64,000 nucleotides of DNA. Origin: Tubiluchus corallicola (taxonomy: Eukaryota > Animalia > Priapulida). The notes below the pieces were generated by a model. The model ran no database searches and was not told where the DNA came from. It was given only the letters and a program-made list of their open reading frames with translations. Shown piece after piece: positions 35,001 through 48,218 of this stretch. Where the stretch lies: NCBI GenBank assembly GCA_030141605.1, contig JAQGDQ010000025.1, forward strand, positions 62,001 to 126,000, given 5' to 3'. A program made the translations under genes and the position numbers. Each line of letters opens with the position of its first letter. Positions within the stretch are counted from its first letter, which is position 1.

Positions 35001-35909
35001 ACAGTTTTGAGTGTTCAAAAACAGAGTGATACAATGTTGCCGTGTAAGATCATCTGAAGATTAAATGCTAGGTATATATCATACTGTAATGACATGTAGC
35101 TGTACGTAGTGCCATTATCTGATACTACTGTCAACCCAATAATATCGCTTACAGGTGCAAGCACTACAGCGCCCCCTTTCTGGGAAGCACTGTAATTATA
35201 GAAAGTTTAAGCTGATAAAAATCGGCAAATTTGTTTAAGCAAATATCGGCAAATCAATATCTTGGGAAAGTACCAGAATTTTGCCAAATATCGAGGCATC
35301 CGGTATCTAATGTCGCGCATATAGGACAACGCTAGTTTAGTATGCAAGCTTCAGTTTGATACACCATTTTTTGCTATTCGTTAAAGTTGAAACGATGGAC
35401 TAGTAATGTGTGCTTTCATCACTTTCAGTACGTTGCAGGTTTTTACTCACTTGGATGCCTCTTTGACAAGCCATAACCATGAACGCCTTGCCAGGAAATT
35501 GACAGTACTTCATCTAAAAAATAAAGACCATCTGCATTTTTACAGTAAACTAAAGTAAAAATTAATGTCAAAAAAGTTGACAAACACAGCCCTTTCGCGG
35601 GCACTAATGTAGTGCAGTTTCACTTTGACGCATTGATACTTTTTAATTAAAAAAATTTGAAACAGCAGTGAATAATACCTGCATCACCATAGTGTTGCCA
35701 CGTCCACTTGGTTCCTTCACCACAACCTGTCTCTGTACTAGTACATTTCCACCATCTGCAGACACTGTGACAACATTCGCAAATGATTTATGTACAATAC
35801 CGAAGCTAATAGTCGACTTTTCAGGATCACTTAGCACACAAAGATTTTGGCACAAAGGTGAAGCGCTTTCCTTTAGTGATAAAGCCTTCTCCCTGTGGTA
35901 AGTCGGCAT
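29056..35909 (-). CDS. WDR54: WD repeat-containing protein 54, 339 aa
   Basis: Exons (minus): 35909-35679, 35513-35451, 33831-33738, 33293-33237, 32552-32345, 31560-31398, 30102-30037, 29193-29056; 1020 nt in frame. Recognised motifs SASPLCQNLCVL, QRGIQ, FARGIA, AYGSGHL, AHARWITALD, SEDSFARVWQL, SFAVTGYDL. Confidence 0.9.
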
Positions 35910-36324
35910 CTTTTTAAAATGCAGTTCCGAAGTATAAGATAAAAACTTTTTTCTTATAAAATGCAGCAAAATACATTAAAGACAGTAACAACTAAATTAT
36001 GCTGTTCTATATTGACTAAATTTTGTTTCTAAATTCTTCCACCAGAAGGCATTACGTTAGTCGACATTTTTCTTTTTTGATACCCCATATTGCTACAAAA
36101 GTGAAATTACACAATTTCGTAGCAGTATCTAATTTTTGCTTGATTACTGCTGCGTTTACCTGTCAGAAGGCAGATTTCTTTTATTTTAGAATTCTGCCTC
36201 CCAATGCCTACAACAGACGTGACGGGCGTATGAACGAAAAGTTAAATTCCTGTTATTTTTTTAAAATAATCGTTTTTTGCGTAAAACAGTTGTTTGTACA
36301 ACAAAATAGCTACAGATATCTAGT
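35910..36324. promoter_or_regulatory. Putative bidirectional promoter between WDR54 and ARL14EP
   Basis: Divergent start codons only 415 bp apart. Confidence 0.6.
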
Positions 36325-39300
36325 ATGGCAAGAAGAAGCACAGGAAGCGTGAGCAGTTATCTAAAACAAAATGAGAAAAACAATACAGAAATGGTAAAAT
36401 ATAATTCCAGTTTCGAATTTTGCGTGTTGTTACACTGTGGTAATTAGTGGCTAACTAAGCCAGCACACTCGTAGAAACCCCTTTTCCCACAAAGTAATTG
36501 TCACCTAAGGATTTAAGCTTAGGGTTGGTGTGGCAATCACAGTGACAGGCAAATTATTCCATTCGTTCACCACTCTCAATATATCAACCGCGGGCAACTC
36601 TTGCAAGTACAAGTTCTTCAGTTTACAAGCACCAGATACAAAGTAGTGGCTTACTTGATCCCAGATTCAGCCACTACTAGACTAATAATATAAGAGAGAA
36701 AAAGAGGGAAAGAATTGCCTTGTAAGTGATTGGTAAAGTAATGTAGAGGCTAATATTCTAGCCGACTTACGTAAACAGTTCTTCTGGCACAAGTGGATTT
36801 TTTCTACAAATCATAGCAGACAAAGTCAAAGGCAACTTCAAAGAAATATTTTTTGAAGATGTAATTAAATCATACCTTTTTTTCAAGGATGGGGTTGATA
36901 AGCAACTAAAAAAATTGAATTTCAAAAATCCCGGAAAATTTCTTGAAAACTTCAATCCAGAAACCAGTGGACGGGAGATCAGAAAAATGACAAGAAAGCT
37001 TAAAAGTGCCGGGTAAATATTTGTAATGTATTTCTTTTTGTGTTTTAAGATCTTGTTTAGAAATTTTGTTTTTTTCTGGTTGTATAAGGTTTGTTGCCAT
37101 AATTTTGGATTGTAATACACATATTTCAATTAAAATAGACATATTTAGCGTAGGTTTTGTCTGAAGGACATTTGTAATGTATTAGCTAATACAGGGGCTG
37201 AAAACACCTCCTACACTGTGCCCGAGATCTAATCAAGTCGTTCGAGGTGACACTGTAAATACACACTATGGTGTACACTGAGGGTGGTTTTTGATCAGGA
37301 CCCAGATTTGCCAGTGCTAAAAAGTACAGTGCCATGACAGAGGTTTTTTTCATACAGCTGGGTGTTCAGGCTTTACCACATGGGCATGGGTACAGTGGTG
37401 CCAGTTGGGCATTTTTAATTATTTCTGAAATTTTGTCTACAAGTTCTTTGCTGATCAGTTTTATATCAATTTCCTATTTCCACCCTATCTCTGAGCAGTA
37501 GCATGCAGAATGGGGGGGGGGGGTCAGAGGGTGTGTTGGCCACGGGTATCCATGTTGGCAAGGAAGCCAATCAAAGAGCGAAATAGAAGTTTAGTTTATG
37601 AAATTTGAAATTGTCTCTGTTAACTTCGTTGTACAAGCACACTACAGTCCTACAAGCTGATGTGAATGTGGATCCGTGTTTTGATAACTGAGACCGGAGT
37701 AAAAAATCTGTTGCATCTAGATACTGTGCATAATTTTGATCATAATATTAAGACAATATGAGGTGGCGTAAGTAGGTTAACATAATGTGCGTTGCATACA
37801 GGTTACTGTTTACCATCGCATTTGCAATCGCAAGTTGTGAAAGGTCATTTTCAAAACTGAAATTAATAAAAACACATCTGAGGTCTTCCATGTCACAAGC
37901 TACACTGACCAATCTGGCTTTAATCGGCATTGAAAAAGAATTCCTCACAGTTGATGTAAAAATGAAATAGTTCAAGTATTTTCAGACAGGAAATCACATT
38001 TGAGGAACCGAACTTAATAAATGCGAGCGATTTATATTTAATTCGAATAAAGTGCTTTTTTCATGTTTCACCTGTTTTTACATATTTAAAATGTCTTCGT
38101 TTCTTACATTTCTCAGTACTAGGCCCCATAGGCCACCAAACTTCTGCATGCCACTGAGCTATATAAATATATATAGCCTTTCAAGTGCAAGTTTCACTAA
38201 AATAGGAGATATGTAACATTGTGTCTATAATAGATGATTTCCGGAACTTCGTGCATCGTGCTGGGCAAGTGTAAATCACATTTTGGTGTATTCCCTGCTT
38301 AAAGTTAACTAACAGGCACAAACCATGGAGAAATTTGATTATAAAATGAGGTGCCACTCTATATCCATTTGGTTGTGTCCCGAGTGTCATTTTAATTGAT
38401 TATGCGAGATCTATGGAAGAAACATTTTTAAATACAGTCAAACCTCGTTATAATGCCAGGTCTGGGACACCACTAAATATGGCGATATAGCGGGGTTGGC
38501 GGTAAGGCGAGATTCATTAATATGAAAGCCATTCTACTGTGTAGCCTCTATTTTGTTTCCTAGTTCATTTTAATAAGTGATAAATAATAAAAAATATTAT
38601 ACCTATGACAACTATAAGTTACACTGCACATTTTTGCTGCATTAGCAATGCAGGTACCTTGCAAAACTTTTGGCTGACACAATGTGGAGAAGAAGTCTTG
38701 TGAAATACAAGTTAATTACCGTACTGCTGATTACTGGACAGTCAGACTATAATTAGCCACTGCTTATAACTTGACTTTGAGTCACAAGCAGCTTTAACAG
38801 CCGTTAAATTCACAGCAGTTCAGTACTTGAACCATAGTTATGGAACTCTTGTAGTCTTAAAATACATAGTCCTTGCTCAAAACCTCATACAGTCACTTAA
38901 TACGAAACCTAAATATGAATTTAAACATGGTGTTTTTACAATGTTTTGGCTGTTTTTCGGCAGTAATTCATTGTGCTTTATCTTGGCTGGCATTATAACA
39001 AGTTAAATTTATTATATAAAACAGATTTTTGGCAAAGCAGATATACATTGGTGAATAGCGGTAGGCGAGGTTGACATTATGATGAGGCTGGCATTATAAT
39101 GGGGGCGGTATAACGAGGCTTGACTGTACATCAGAAAAGGCTCTAACTAGTGTATTTTGTGAGAATTTGTTATTCTTTATGGCTACAAACTGTATATATT
39201 GGGTTATTATTCAATGGGTCATGTATGATCAGTTTTACAATAAGCCATGTTTTCTGTTTTAGAAGAAAGAACGCTCTGTATGACGACAAAGGAGTGCACA

Positions 39301-39479
39301 TCGCTACCAATCTTAATTTGTGTGACTGTTTAGACAAGTTTTGTCCGGGATGCCATTTTGACTGTCCAAAATGTGGCTCAGGAAAATGCGGGACTGAGTG
39401 TAGGACTAGTCGTCGATGGATATACGAAACCGTCGAAGTTGAAGGCACAAATTACGTGCGTCGCTTTAAAGATACGTGA
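36325..39479 (+). CDS. ARL14EP: ARL14 effector protein (ARF7EP C-terminal Cys-rich domain), 136 aa
   Basis: Exons 36325-36393, 36888-37012, 39263-39479 in frame. Motifs LNFKNPG...FNPE..REIRK and YDDKG...LCDCLDKFCPGCHFDCPKCGSGKCGTECR...WIYETVEVEG. The first exon is the least certain. Confidence 0.88.
36500..36585 (-). mobile_element. CR1/L2 LINE 3' fragment
   Basis: Minus strand translates as LRVVNEWNNLPVTVI, the RVVNxWNxLP motif. Confidence 0.5.
37496..38156 (+). mobile_element. Non-autonomous hAT element with dimerisation-domain relic
   Basis: TIRs cagtagcatgcagaa / ttctgcatgccactg (14 of 15). Internal ASCERSFSKLKLIKTHLRSSMSQ..L..LALIGIE. The paralogous segment at about 47455 shows the empty site. 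Confidence 0.88.
38435..39126. mobile_element. Tc1/mariner (pogo/Tigger-like) MITE
   Basis: TA target duplication; TIRs cagtcaaacctcgttata / tataacgaggcttgactg (17 of 18). Confidence 0.85.
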
Positions 39480-40638
39480 AGGAAAACTAGTTAACCAGCA
39501 GAATGCAAACAAGTTTCTGCAACTAATTTTTCTTTGGTTAATCACATGTTGTTGTATCATGTCAGACAGGCTGAACAAGACAGCATTTTGCCAAGGGAGA
39601 CTAAAGTGAAAAGACTTGTAGCGCATCTGTGAATGTAAAAAAAACTTGTATCATATGAGTGACTGAACGGAAACAAATTTGTATCATATGTGTCAACGTG
39701 GAATAAACTTGCGTACCTGTGAGCGAAGAACAACAGTCTTGTATAATGTGTTCACTGTGACTTACAAATTAAGTGAAATTTACAGTGCTAAAACCGAAAG
39801 TTTTTCCCTCAGAAAATGTATAAATTTGCACAATTAATATATAAGACTATTCGGTTAAGTTTTAAGCTACGGATCTGTTTTTAAATAGAATACTATCAAG
39901 CCTACTTGAATATCAATAATCAGGAAAACAGTTAACAGGCAAAAAGTTTCAGTTTCTCTGTCTAGTGTTTTAAATAAGGTTATTGATAAAAATGTTCTAT
40001 CTTTCCCAGGAGTCTTTAAATGGATTGTTATAATAATCGATGTTACCTTAAATACGTTTTGTTGTTAGCTTATTAACTCATATTCCACCTCTGTCACTAA
40101 ACACCACTCTTTGATACTAAAAACTAATAAATAAAATTCAAGTAACAAATAATGTATATTTTAATCTGCAGAAAACTTTGATATATTGATACCACAAAAC
40201 ATTCATGAGGATGGATAAATTTTCAAACATTAATTTGGTGTAATTTATGGTTGTTTTGCAATAGTTTGCAAGATAAATGCACAAGTTACCACTTGAAAAA
40301 ATGAATTAGTTCAGATCTAGTATAGGAAATGTTAATAAACAAAATCTGCATGATGTTGTGCATAAAAAATCAAACAGTATATTATCATCATGCCAGGTTT
40401 AGCTTAGCAAAAAGATAATGATACATCAAATTTCGAAATCCATGCGAAAAATACACCCTGCAAAAGTGAGTAGCTAAAAATACGTGTATTGCACAATTAA
40501 ATAAAGGTCAAACGAGACAAATTTAGCCACTTTGTTTCACCGAAATTAATTTCGTTATAATTTGACCACCTACCTACGTACAGCATCTACTAGCATCACT
40601 TAATTTGCTGAACATTTACTACCATTTCATTATATTAG

Positions 40639-41022
40639 AAAAAGCCACAAATAATGTAATACAGATATAGAACTATATCACCCGTAATAAAATAAATGAA
40701 ACAAACACCCTAAATAGTAACAATACCATACATTAATTATTGTATTGTTGTTTCCCATTGTATACCAAAAAGCCATAAATAATGTAATACAGATATAGAA
40801 CAATATCACCCGTAATAAAATAAATGAAACAAACACCCTAAATAGTAACAATACAATACGTTAATTATTGTATTGTTGTTTCCCACTGTATACCAAAAAG
40901 CCATAAATAATGTAATACAGATATAGAACAATATCACCCGTAATTAAATAAATGAAACAAACACCCTAAATAGTAACAATACCATACATTAATTATTGTA
41001 TTGTTGTTGCCCACTGTATACC
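40639..41022. repeat. Tandem repeat, 128 bp x 3
   Basis: Unit aaaagcca.aaataatgtaatacagatatagaac...tgtatacc; the agcca anchor falls at 40643, 40771 and 40899. Confidence 0.95.
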
Positions 41023-41132
41023 ATGCAAGTCAAACATATGCATATACATATATGTTTATATATATATAAGATTATGGAGCTTTACTATAACAATAATGGT
41101 TTAGCAGTTAGCACTAAACTGCTGCCTGTTCT

Positions 41133-41914
41133 CAGTAGCATGGCTAATATGGGAGCAATTACTCCCTCTGAATTGGCACCTTTAATCACATTTATTTGAG
41201 CAATCTCCCTACCATGTTTTTGAAGTGAGTCAAATTTGTGTTGGGAAACTGAGCATCAACAATGTACTTAAAATTCATGATCGCCAATGACGTGTTTCCA
41301 TTTATCCTAACCTGTCCACATTGTACCACATTTTCCTGATCAGACCCATAGCTAACGAAGTTTCTGAACGTTCCTTTAGTCGACTGAAAGAGATAAAGTC
41401 CTACCTTCATTCTACAATGGGCAAGAATAAATTGTGTTGATTGCTGTGCTCTCTATTGAAAATGAGTTGACTACTGAAGTGGATTATAATAAAGTTATCT
41501 TACTTTGCTAAAATGAAACCTAGACGAAAGAGACTTGTAGTTTCTTCATGAGACATTTTCGCCATGTTTCATTTTCTTTTCATTTTGCATTTAAAATTAA
41601 AATAAAAATTCTTCATGAGACATTTTCACCATGTTTCATTTTCTTTTCATTTTGCATTTAAAATTAAAATAAATAAATAAAATAAGATGTTTTTACTATG
41701 TTTTGAGACTTATGAGCTAACTATAAAACTTTTGATTGTGTTTTAAACAAAATAGCAATTATGTACTTCCTTTAAAACAATATCTTCCTCCTGTTTTTAT
41801 TTTAGATATGATATTAAAATGTATAATCAATGCGCTAAAAATTGTTCAATATATGTTTCAGTGCCTTTTTTATGAGCTGGCTCCCCCTAACTTTAGAACC
41901 TGGCTAGGCCCCTG
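41133..41914 (+). mobile_element. Non-autonomous hAT element with perfect 8-bp TSD
   Basis: TSD cctgttct at 41125-41132 and 41915-41922; CAG...CTG ends. Internal IYPNLSTLYHIFL...SERSFSRLKEIKSYLHSTM (hAT dimerisation domain). Internal duplication of about 65 bp at 41543 and 41609. Confidence 0.9.
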
Positions 41915-42002
41915 CCTGTTCTCTTACACAACTTGGTTATTTTATTGAAGGCCTACTCTTTTCAATGCACACAAAAAAACAAATTATTATATTTCACAAA
42001 TC

Positions 42003-44036
42003 TCACCAGTTCTGTAATTCTGGGATATCTCTGTACAGCTCTAAAGAGTCTGGATTTGCTAGAGCTCCCTTATTTTGGACTTCCAGACCCGAGATGATTT
42101 GTTTAACAGCGACTTCCACTTTCTTGCTATTGGTTGTGTAAGGTATATCTTTAGTTTCGAGAATCAGCGAGGGGACGTGTCGCACTGATAATTCTGTCCT
42201 AATTCCTGCTTTCAATCTCTTCACCAGATCTTGAGTGAAAGGATGGCCTGAAGTCATTTTGACAAACAAGATTACACGTTCTTCTCCTTTATCATTTTGC
42301 TGCCCGATGCATAGCGAATCATCTATTTCCTTATAAGATTCCACAATGTTGTAGATCTCAGAACTACCAAAACGCACACCGCTTGGATTAAGTGTACCGT
42401 CACTACGTCCTAACATCCACAAACCACCTGTTCGCTTGTTTATCAAGCAAAAATCACCATGTGTCCAAACGCCCGGGAATGTCTCAAAGTATGATTTCCG
42501 ATACCTGCTACCAGTTGGGTCATTCCAGAAGTGAGTAGGCATAGACGGGAAAGGCTTTGTGCAAACTAGGTCTCCTCTCTTTCCATACACTGGCTTGCCA
42601 CTATCATCATAGCATTCAACAGCCATGCCAAGATTTCTACACTGTATTTCACCTCGGTAGACCGGAACAGTCCAGTTCCAGCCTGCAAAACAGGAAATTA
42701 TATCAGTTCCACCAGTTATAGACCCCAGCAGTACATTCTTTTTGATATTTTCATACACATAGTCGAAGCTTTTAGGTTTAAGAGGTGAACCCGTGCTAAG
42801 AATGCTGTGCAGTGACTTTAGGTTATGCGACTGTTTCGGATGCACTTTTTTGTCTTCTAATAATGCGATCCATTTAGCACTAGTGCCAAGAACTGTTATA
42901 TTTAACTGGTCGATTAAATCCCACAACACATAAGGAGTTGGAACTAGCGGCGACCCATCATACAAAACTAACGTGGCACCAATAGCAAGAGCTGACACCA
43001 TCCAGTTCCACATCATCCAACCCGTTGTTGTATAGTAGAGGAGAACATCTTTATCGGTCATGTTACCGCCTAATACATGTTCCTTCCAAAGCTGTAACAA
43101 TGTACCCCCTGCTGAATGTACCATGCACTTAGGTACACCCGTTGTGCCTGAAGAATACATGATAAACAGGGGATGATTGAATGGCAGCTGCTCGAACGTT
43201 AGTTTCGGAATCGACCCGTCAGCATTTATACCATCTAAAAGAAACTCATCAAGATAAACGCTTTTGGGTATAATAGATATGTCCTGTTTTGTTCCCACAA
43301 AATGGATTACAACAACTTTTTCTAATTCTGGCAGGCCAGACACAACATTGTGGAGTTTATCAATGTGGTTGTGGACCTTACTGTTGTACATAACAGCATC
43401 AACCGAAAATATCAACTTTGGTTGAATCTGTGTGAATCTGTCTAAAACACCATGAACTCCAAAGTCAGGTGAAGTAGAACTCCATACTGCACCAATGCTA
43501 GCTGCTGCCAACATTGCCACAATCGCTTCGGCACAGTTTGGTATGTATCCTACAACACGATCGTTACATTTCACACCCATCGCTCTCATTGCAGCAGCAT
43601 ACTGAGCGACATGTTGTCTTAACTCCTTGAAAGTGCACTTTTCAGGCTCACCACTGATTCGTTCACCAGTAGAATACAAAGCAATGCGATCGCTATTGTC
43701 TCGCAGTAGATTCTCTGCATAGTTTAAACGTGCTCCCGTAAACCACTCTGGAATTTCGGCAATAGATTTACTTTTATCAACTACCACTGCAAACGGCTTT
43801 GAATAAGTCACTCCACTGAAATGCCAAACTTCCTCCCAAAAGGAGTCATACTCTTTGATAGACCACTGCCATAACTCCTCATACGTTTCTAACTTGAGAC
43901 TGTATTTCTTGTTTATCACATGTCTAAACTTAGTCATCTGTGTGATCAGAGAGTGAGTAGGCGACCAACAAAGGATATCCTCATCAAAGTCACCAGTTCC
44001 AAAGGAATGATCATCGGCATTATTCAAGTCAGTCAT
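42003..44036 (-). CDS. AACS: Acetoacetyl-CoA synthetase, 677 aa, intronless CDS
   Basis: Single ORF. AMP-binding [10 protein letters not shown]; AACS-type motifs [64 protein letters not shown] splice acceptor (tttattttag) 9 nt upstream of the ATG implies a 5'UTR intron. Confidence 0.96.
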   Translation of the reverse strand: MTDLNNADDHSFGTGDFDEDILCWSPTHSLITQMTKFRHVINKKYSLKLETYEELWQWSIKEYDSFWEEVWHFSGVTYSKPFAVVVDKSKSIAEIPEWFTGARLNYAENLLRDNSDRIALYSTGERISGEPEKCTFKELRQHVAQYAAAMRAMGVKCNDRVVGYIPNCAEAIVAMLAAASIGAVWSSTSPDFGVHGVLDRFTQIQPKLIFSVDAVMYNSKVHNHIDKLHNVVSGLPELEKVVVIHFVGTKQDISIIPKSVYLDEFLLDGINADGSIPKLTFEQLPFNHPLFIMYSSGTTGVPKCMVHSAGGTLLQLWKEHVLGGNMTDKDVLLYYTTTGWMMWNWMVSALAIGATLVLYDGSPLVPTPYVLWDLIDQLNITVLGTSAKWIALLEDKKVHPKQSHNLKSLHSILSTGSPLKPKSFDYVYENIKKNVLLGSITGGTDIISCFAGWNWTVPVYRGEIQCRNLGMAVECYDDSGKPVYGKRGDLVCTKPFPSMPTHFWNDPTGSRYRKSYFETFPGVWTHGDFCLINKRTGGLWMLGRSDGTLNPSGVRFGSSEIYNIVESYKEIDDSLCIGQQNDKGEERVILFVKMTSGHPFTQDLVKRLKAGIRTELSVRHVPSLILETKDIPYTTNSKKVEVAVKQIISGLEVQNKGALANPDSLELYRDIPELQNW

Positions 44037-44102
44037 TGTATCTTCCTAAAATAAAAACTATATAAAATTAGCTACAAAACTTTTACACAGAATTTGCTTA
44101 TA

Positions 44103-44919
44103 CAGTAGTCGCCGCTTAATAGACTCACGGTTAATAGACTCGATCACTTAATTGACTCAAAAACACCTGGAACGGGCCGCTTCTATTCAAATATACATAA
44201 AAACTATCGGTAATTGACTCAAATAACTCCGCTTAATTGACTCAATATTTTTCCTTTACCTACTTAAAATAAGATATTTGTATGTGGCCAAAGAACCTTT
44301 CCTACTTTTATGTCATCTTTACTTCCCTTTTGTGCATTATGTATGCAGAAACAATCATGTTAAGTACCGTTTTCTTTGTAAGCAGGTAACAGTCAGGCTT
44401 TCAGGCTTAATCAGTTAACAGTCAAAGATGCAGGTACAGTAATCAGCCGGTATTCCTTGCGACTTACAAGACTAAACATCGTACGGCAAATAAGAGCAAA
44501 GTAAGTGAGCAGGCGATTCAAAACTGTTTTAGTCATGCACAACAACAGATTTTCAACGTTTTTATAATTACGAAAACTTTGTGGGCCAACTTCTTCACGA
44601 AAAAATGAAGCAGCCGACCTTGAAAGAATTTTTGTAATTTTTGCAAATAAACACACTTAGAAAAGTCTGTGATTTAGAAAAGTATACTTTTTAACTTATT
44701 GCTAATTCACTTATATAAATTTTAAATTATTTTTTCCAATTTTTAACTGCACAAAGGAATTTAGGGATTAGTTCGTTTCTAAAATTCATTAAAGACCGTT
44801 TGCAGTGCATAGTATGCTGGCTGACGACTCATACTTCTATACCTGTAATACTACACCCATCGGTTAATTGGGTCAAAACACGTCGGTCCCAAAGTGAGTC
44901 TATTAAGCGGCACCTACTA
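44103..44919. mobile_element. Tc1/mariner (pogo/Tigger-like) MITE upstream of the AACS CDS
   Basis: TA flanks; TIRs cagtagtcgccgcttaatagactcac / gtgagtctattaagcggcacctacta (23 of 26). Confidence 0.85.
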
Positions 44920-47358
44920 TAGTAATTTGTTCTTTGCTCTTTACTTTTGTGGATAAAATTACTAGCATGGGCAAAAAAATCAATACTTCTTTTAAATGAT
45001 GAGATTTTATTCAGATAAGCCTGGTTTATTTATCAGAAGACATTTGTTGAATTTAATGTAGCTGTGCTATCTCTTGGTTGCATGCCCTCCACGATGCATT
45101 TAAGTGGCCTATAGCATTTGGTGGGTAATACATGCTATGAGAATAGCTGTGTTAATTAGTGAACGATTTCTCTGTTAGACATTATGTTTACAAGTTAACA
45201 TGCAAGAGTTTTCCATTGGCCCGACTATTACATAATACAAATTTCAAATGCTACTGCATAGTGAAACTGGCCATTCCTGTTTTGTGCTAGACAAAAAAAA
45301 ATACAAGCAAGACTCTTGGCGTGAAATCACAACTACAGCAATGTAATTATTGTTGGTATATTTTTTATAACAAGTTGTAGATTTAGAAGCAAACTCAATC
45401 ATTTCAGTTCCTACCGACCCATCGTCATAATTAATAAGGGTGACCTGCACACAAATATAAAGATATATCATCCTTAAGTTGTGTCTCATAGAATTTTATA
45501 AAGTCATAAAGTCAAACAGGTCACATCGGAGCTGTCTGTTATTTACATCTAACATCAATGTGATAAAACTCCTCAGCTGTCTCAGGGGATGATGTCTTCA
45601 TAACGAGATAATTATACTTAACTTATGTTAAAAAACAAATTTGTCACTAAAGGAGCTCTGCAAACTACTGTATTTTCGCACACATTCCTTATAGTAGAAC
45701 TATAAGAAACATGTTTCAGAATACAGTCCTCCCAATGGCAGTGTGTCCTTAGCGGCAGCGTACCGGTACCGTACTAATAATCTACAGTTACGAACTTACA
45801 AATACAATAATGTAATTTGCAAACTGAATCTACATCTAGTTACATTCAATTCTTAGTAATTTAGAGCATCGCTTAGATCTAACATTTTTCAATAAAAGAA
45901 ACGAAAGCTCAAGGGAAATTACCATAAGGGAAAAACTTAGCTAACAAGCCAATCTAAAGAAATTACACGACAGACACTACACGTGAGTCTCTTCATATGC
46001 CAACGTGCTTTGCGTGGTAGCTACAAGCACCGAAATCTTTCAACGTGTCAGACCAAATAATCTGGCAACTACATTATGCTTTGACGCAGCTTATCACCAC
46101 AGATAATTATAATGACTAGTTTAAGTATAATGGCCCTTATTAATGGGTCTCCTTACTTTGAAATGTTGCCCCCTATGCAATAGAAACTCAAACGAATCTG
46201 TAAAAACCGTCAAAACAATAAGAAAAAGCATCAAATTTTAATTTTGAGTAAAGAATGCTCATTCATTAATTTTTCACAAAAAATGCAAAGAATTTTAAAA
46301 ATAAGAAGTATCAGAATAATTAAATATATAAATATTTGTAGCTACAGTAGTTGGGATAGCTTTTGATGATGCCTAAGACACAAGCAAAAACTTTGGGTAA
46401 GCATACCTTTTCCCATGCCATTCCAAATGTTTAGAATGGGCTTCCACTGCATAATAAAATTACATTTAAAAAAAATTGCTCAAGGCACATTGAATTGGAT
46501 TTTAAATTTGCCTGGGTTTTCCTAACGAGATTTTTACATTGATTTTTTTAATTTCAATTTTTAAACGCTTTTATGAAGTTACAGTGTGCATAGTTCTATG
46601 ATTTATATTAGGCTTTGTAAAATCTTTGGTTGTAAAGTACAACTGAGCATACCTGCACGACAACTTGTACTAGCCCTTACCATAAACGGTAAGTTTCAGC
46701 ATAAATAACACTTTGCAGAATAGGCCTACATTCAGAACATTTTAGTCACTTGTGGAAAAGAGTCACCTAATTGTGAAGCCAAAATTGCGTGAATTTAATT
46801 AATGACCACTGGCTAGTCCACGGCTTCATGATAAGATATGAGTGTTAGTTTAAGATTAATCATAAAATTTTACTGTGTCGCAATTTTGTCAACTAAGAAC
46901 ACATCAAATTAGCAACATCATTATAACTCTGTATTTACTGTCAATCAAGAACCATAACTCTAGCCCTCTGCTCCTCAAGTGATGATAATGCGAGAACATT
47001 CTGCCTCGTTTTTGATCACTGATTCCAAAAACCGTTTAGATTACAGAGTTAGTACGGACTATATTTTTCGATCTTTTCTCTTATTCTTGTAGATTATGGC
47101 CGGATTATGACTTTTTGGATGCCAAAGGCTAAAGAAATTATGAGGCCCCTCAGACGGAGCTACCTTCTAATTTGCTCGCCCTTGTCTACACGTTTGGTAA
47201 AATATCGGTTCACGGTGATTATTTTTGCAACCCTTTCCAATTTCCCTGACTTTTCGCCCTATTTTTTCTTTTTCCCTGACGTTTCCATAACTTTCCAGGA
47301 TAGCCTGCATTTTCAAGGATTTTCCAGAATTTTCCCTGACCGTTGAAACCCTGATTGC

Positions 47359-48218
47359 TACAGTGGCGTTAGTTGTCCATTTTTAATTATTTCTGAGATC
47401 TTGTCTACAAGTGTTTTGCTGATGAGTTTTATATCAGTTTTGTAGTCAATTGTCTTTGAGTTATATAAATATAGCCCTTTAGGCACAAAGTTTCAATAGT
47501 ATAGGAGATATGCAGCATGGACAGTGTACGAAGTGGTTTCAGAGTCTTTGTACATCATTTCTGGACATTTGCATATCGCATTTCGATGCGTTCCCTGCTT
47601 AAAGGTGACTCACAGGCGCAAACGATGGGGAAATTCGAATATAAAAAGAGATGCCACTCTATATCCGATTGGTTGTATAATCAGGAAAACAGTTAACAGG
47701 CAAAAAGTTTCAGTTTTTCTTTCTAGTTTTTTTAAATAAAGTTATTGATAAAAATGTTCCGTCTTTCTCAAGAGTCTTTAAATGGATGGCTACAATAATT
47801 TTCTGTTTTAAATACCTTTTGTTGTTAGCTGAATAATTCTTATCCCTCCTCTGTGACTAAACATCACTTTCTGATACTGATAAACAAAATTCAAGTAGCA
47901 AATAATGTATATTTTACTGCTTCAAATCTGCAGAAAACCTTGATATCAAGAAGTGTTATTTGAAAAATGCTTCTGCTCAATAAGAAAACAACATTAAAAA
48001 AAAACATAGAATAAAAGGAAATGATCAGCTTTGCAGTGAAAACATACATCTGTAAACACACCTTCAATGTCAGAAATAAAATCTTGTATACAAAAATTTC
48101 AGCTTTTTCTGTAGCAAGTTGGATCAATACATTTACTTTAGCACAACACATTTATGAGGATGGATAAATTTGCAAACATTAATTTTGTATAATTATTCGT
48201 TGTTTTGCTATAGTTTGC
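47359..48218 (+). repeat. Deleted, diverged duplicate of the ARL14EP intron-2/3' region
   Basis: Three collinear blocks: 47359-47460 vs 37391-37495; 47460-47678 vs 38157-38378; 47679-48218 vs 39918-40269. Confidence 0.85.

Noticed and set aside
36767-37142. Minus-strand ORFs of 120 and 78 aa
   Set aside because: Antisense shadows of ARL14EP exon 2.
40639-41022. Possible CRISPR-like array
   Set aside because: Head-to-tail 128-bp units with no unique spacers, no cas genes, and a eukaryotic context.
42003-44036. AACS as bacterial contamination or recent HGT
   Set aside because: Composition matches the flanks, it has an upstream splice acceptor and host transposons on both sides, and the N-terminus looks animal-type; a phylogeny is still needed.
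45975-46105. E-box and SRE-like motifs near the presumed AACS promoter
   Set aside because: Short, imperfect matches and the TSS is unknown.
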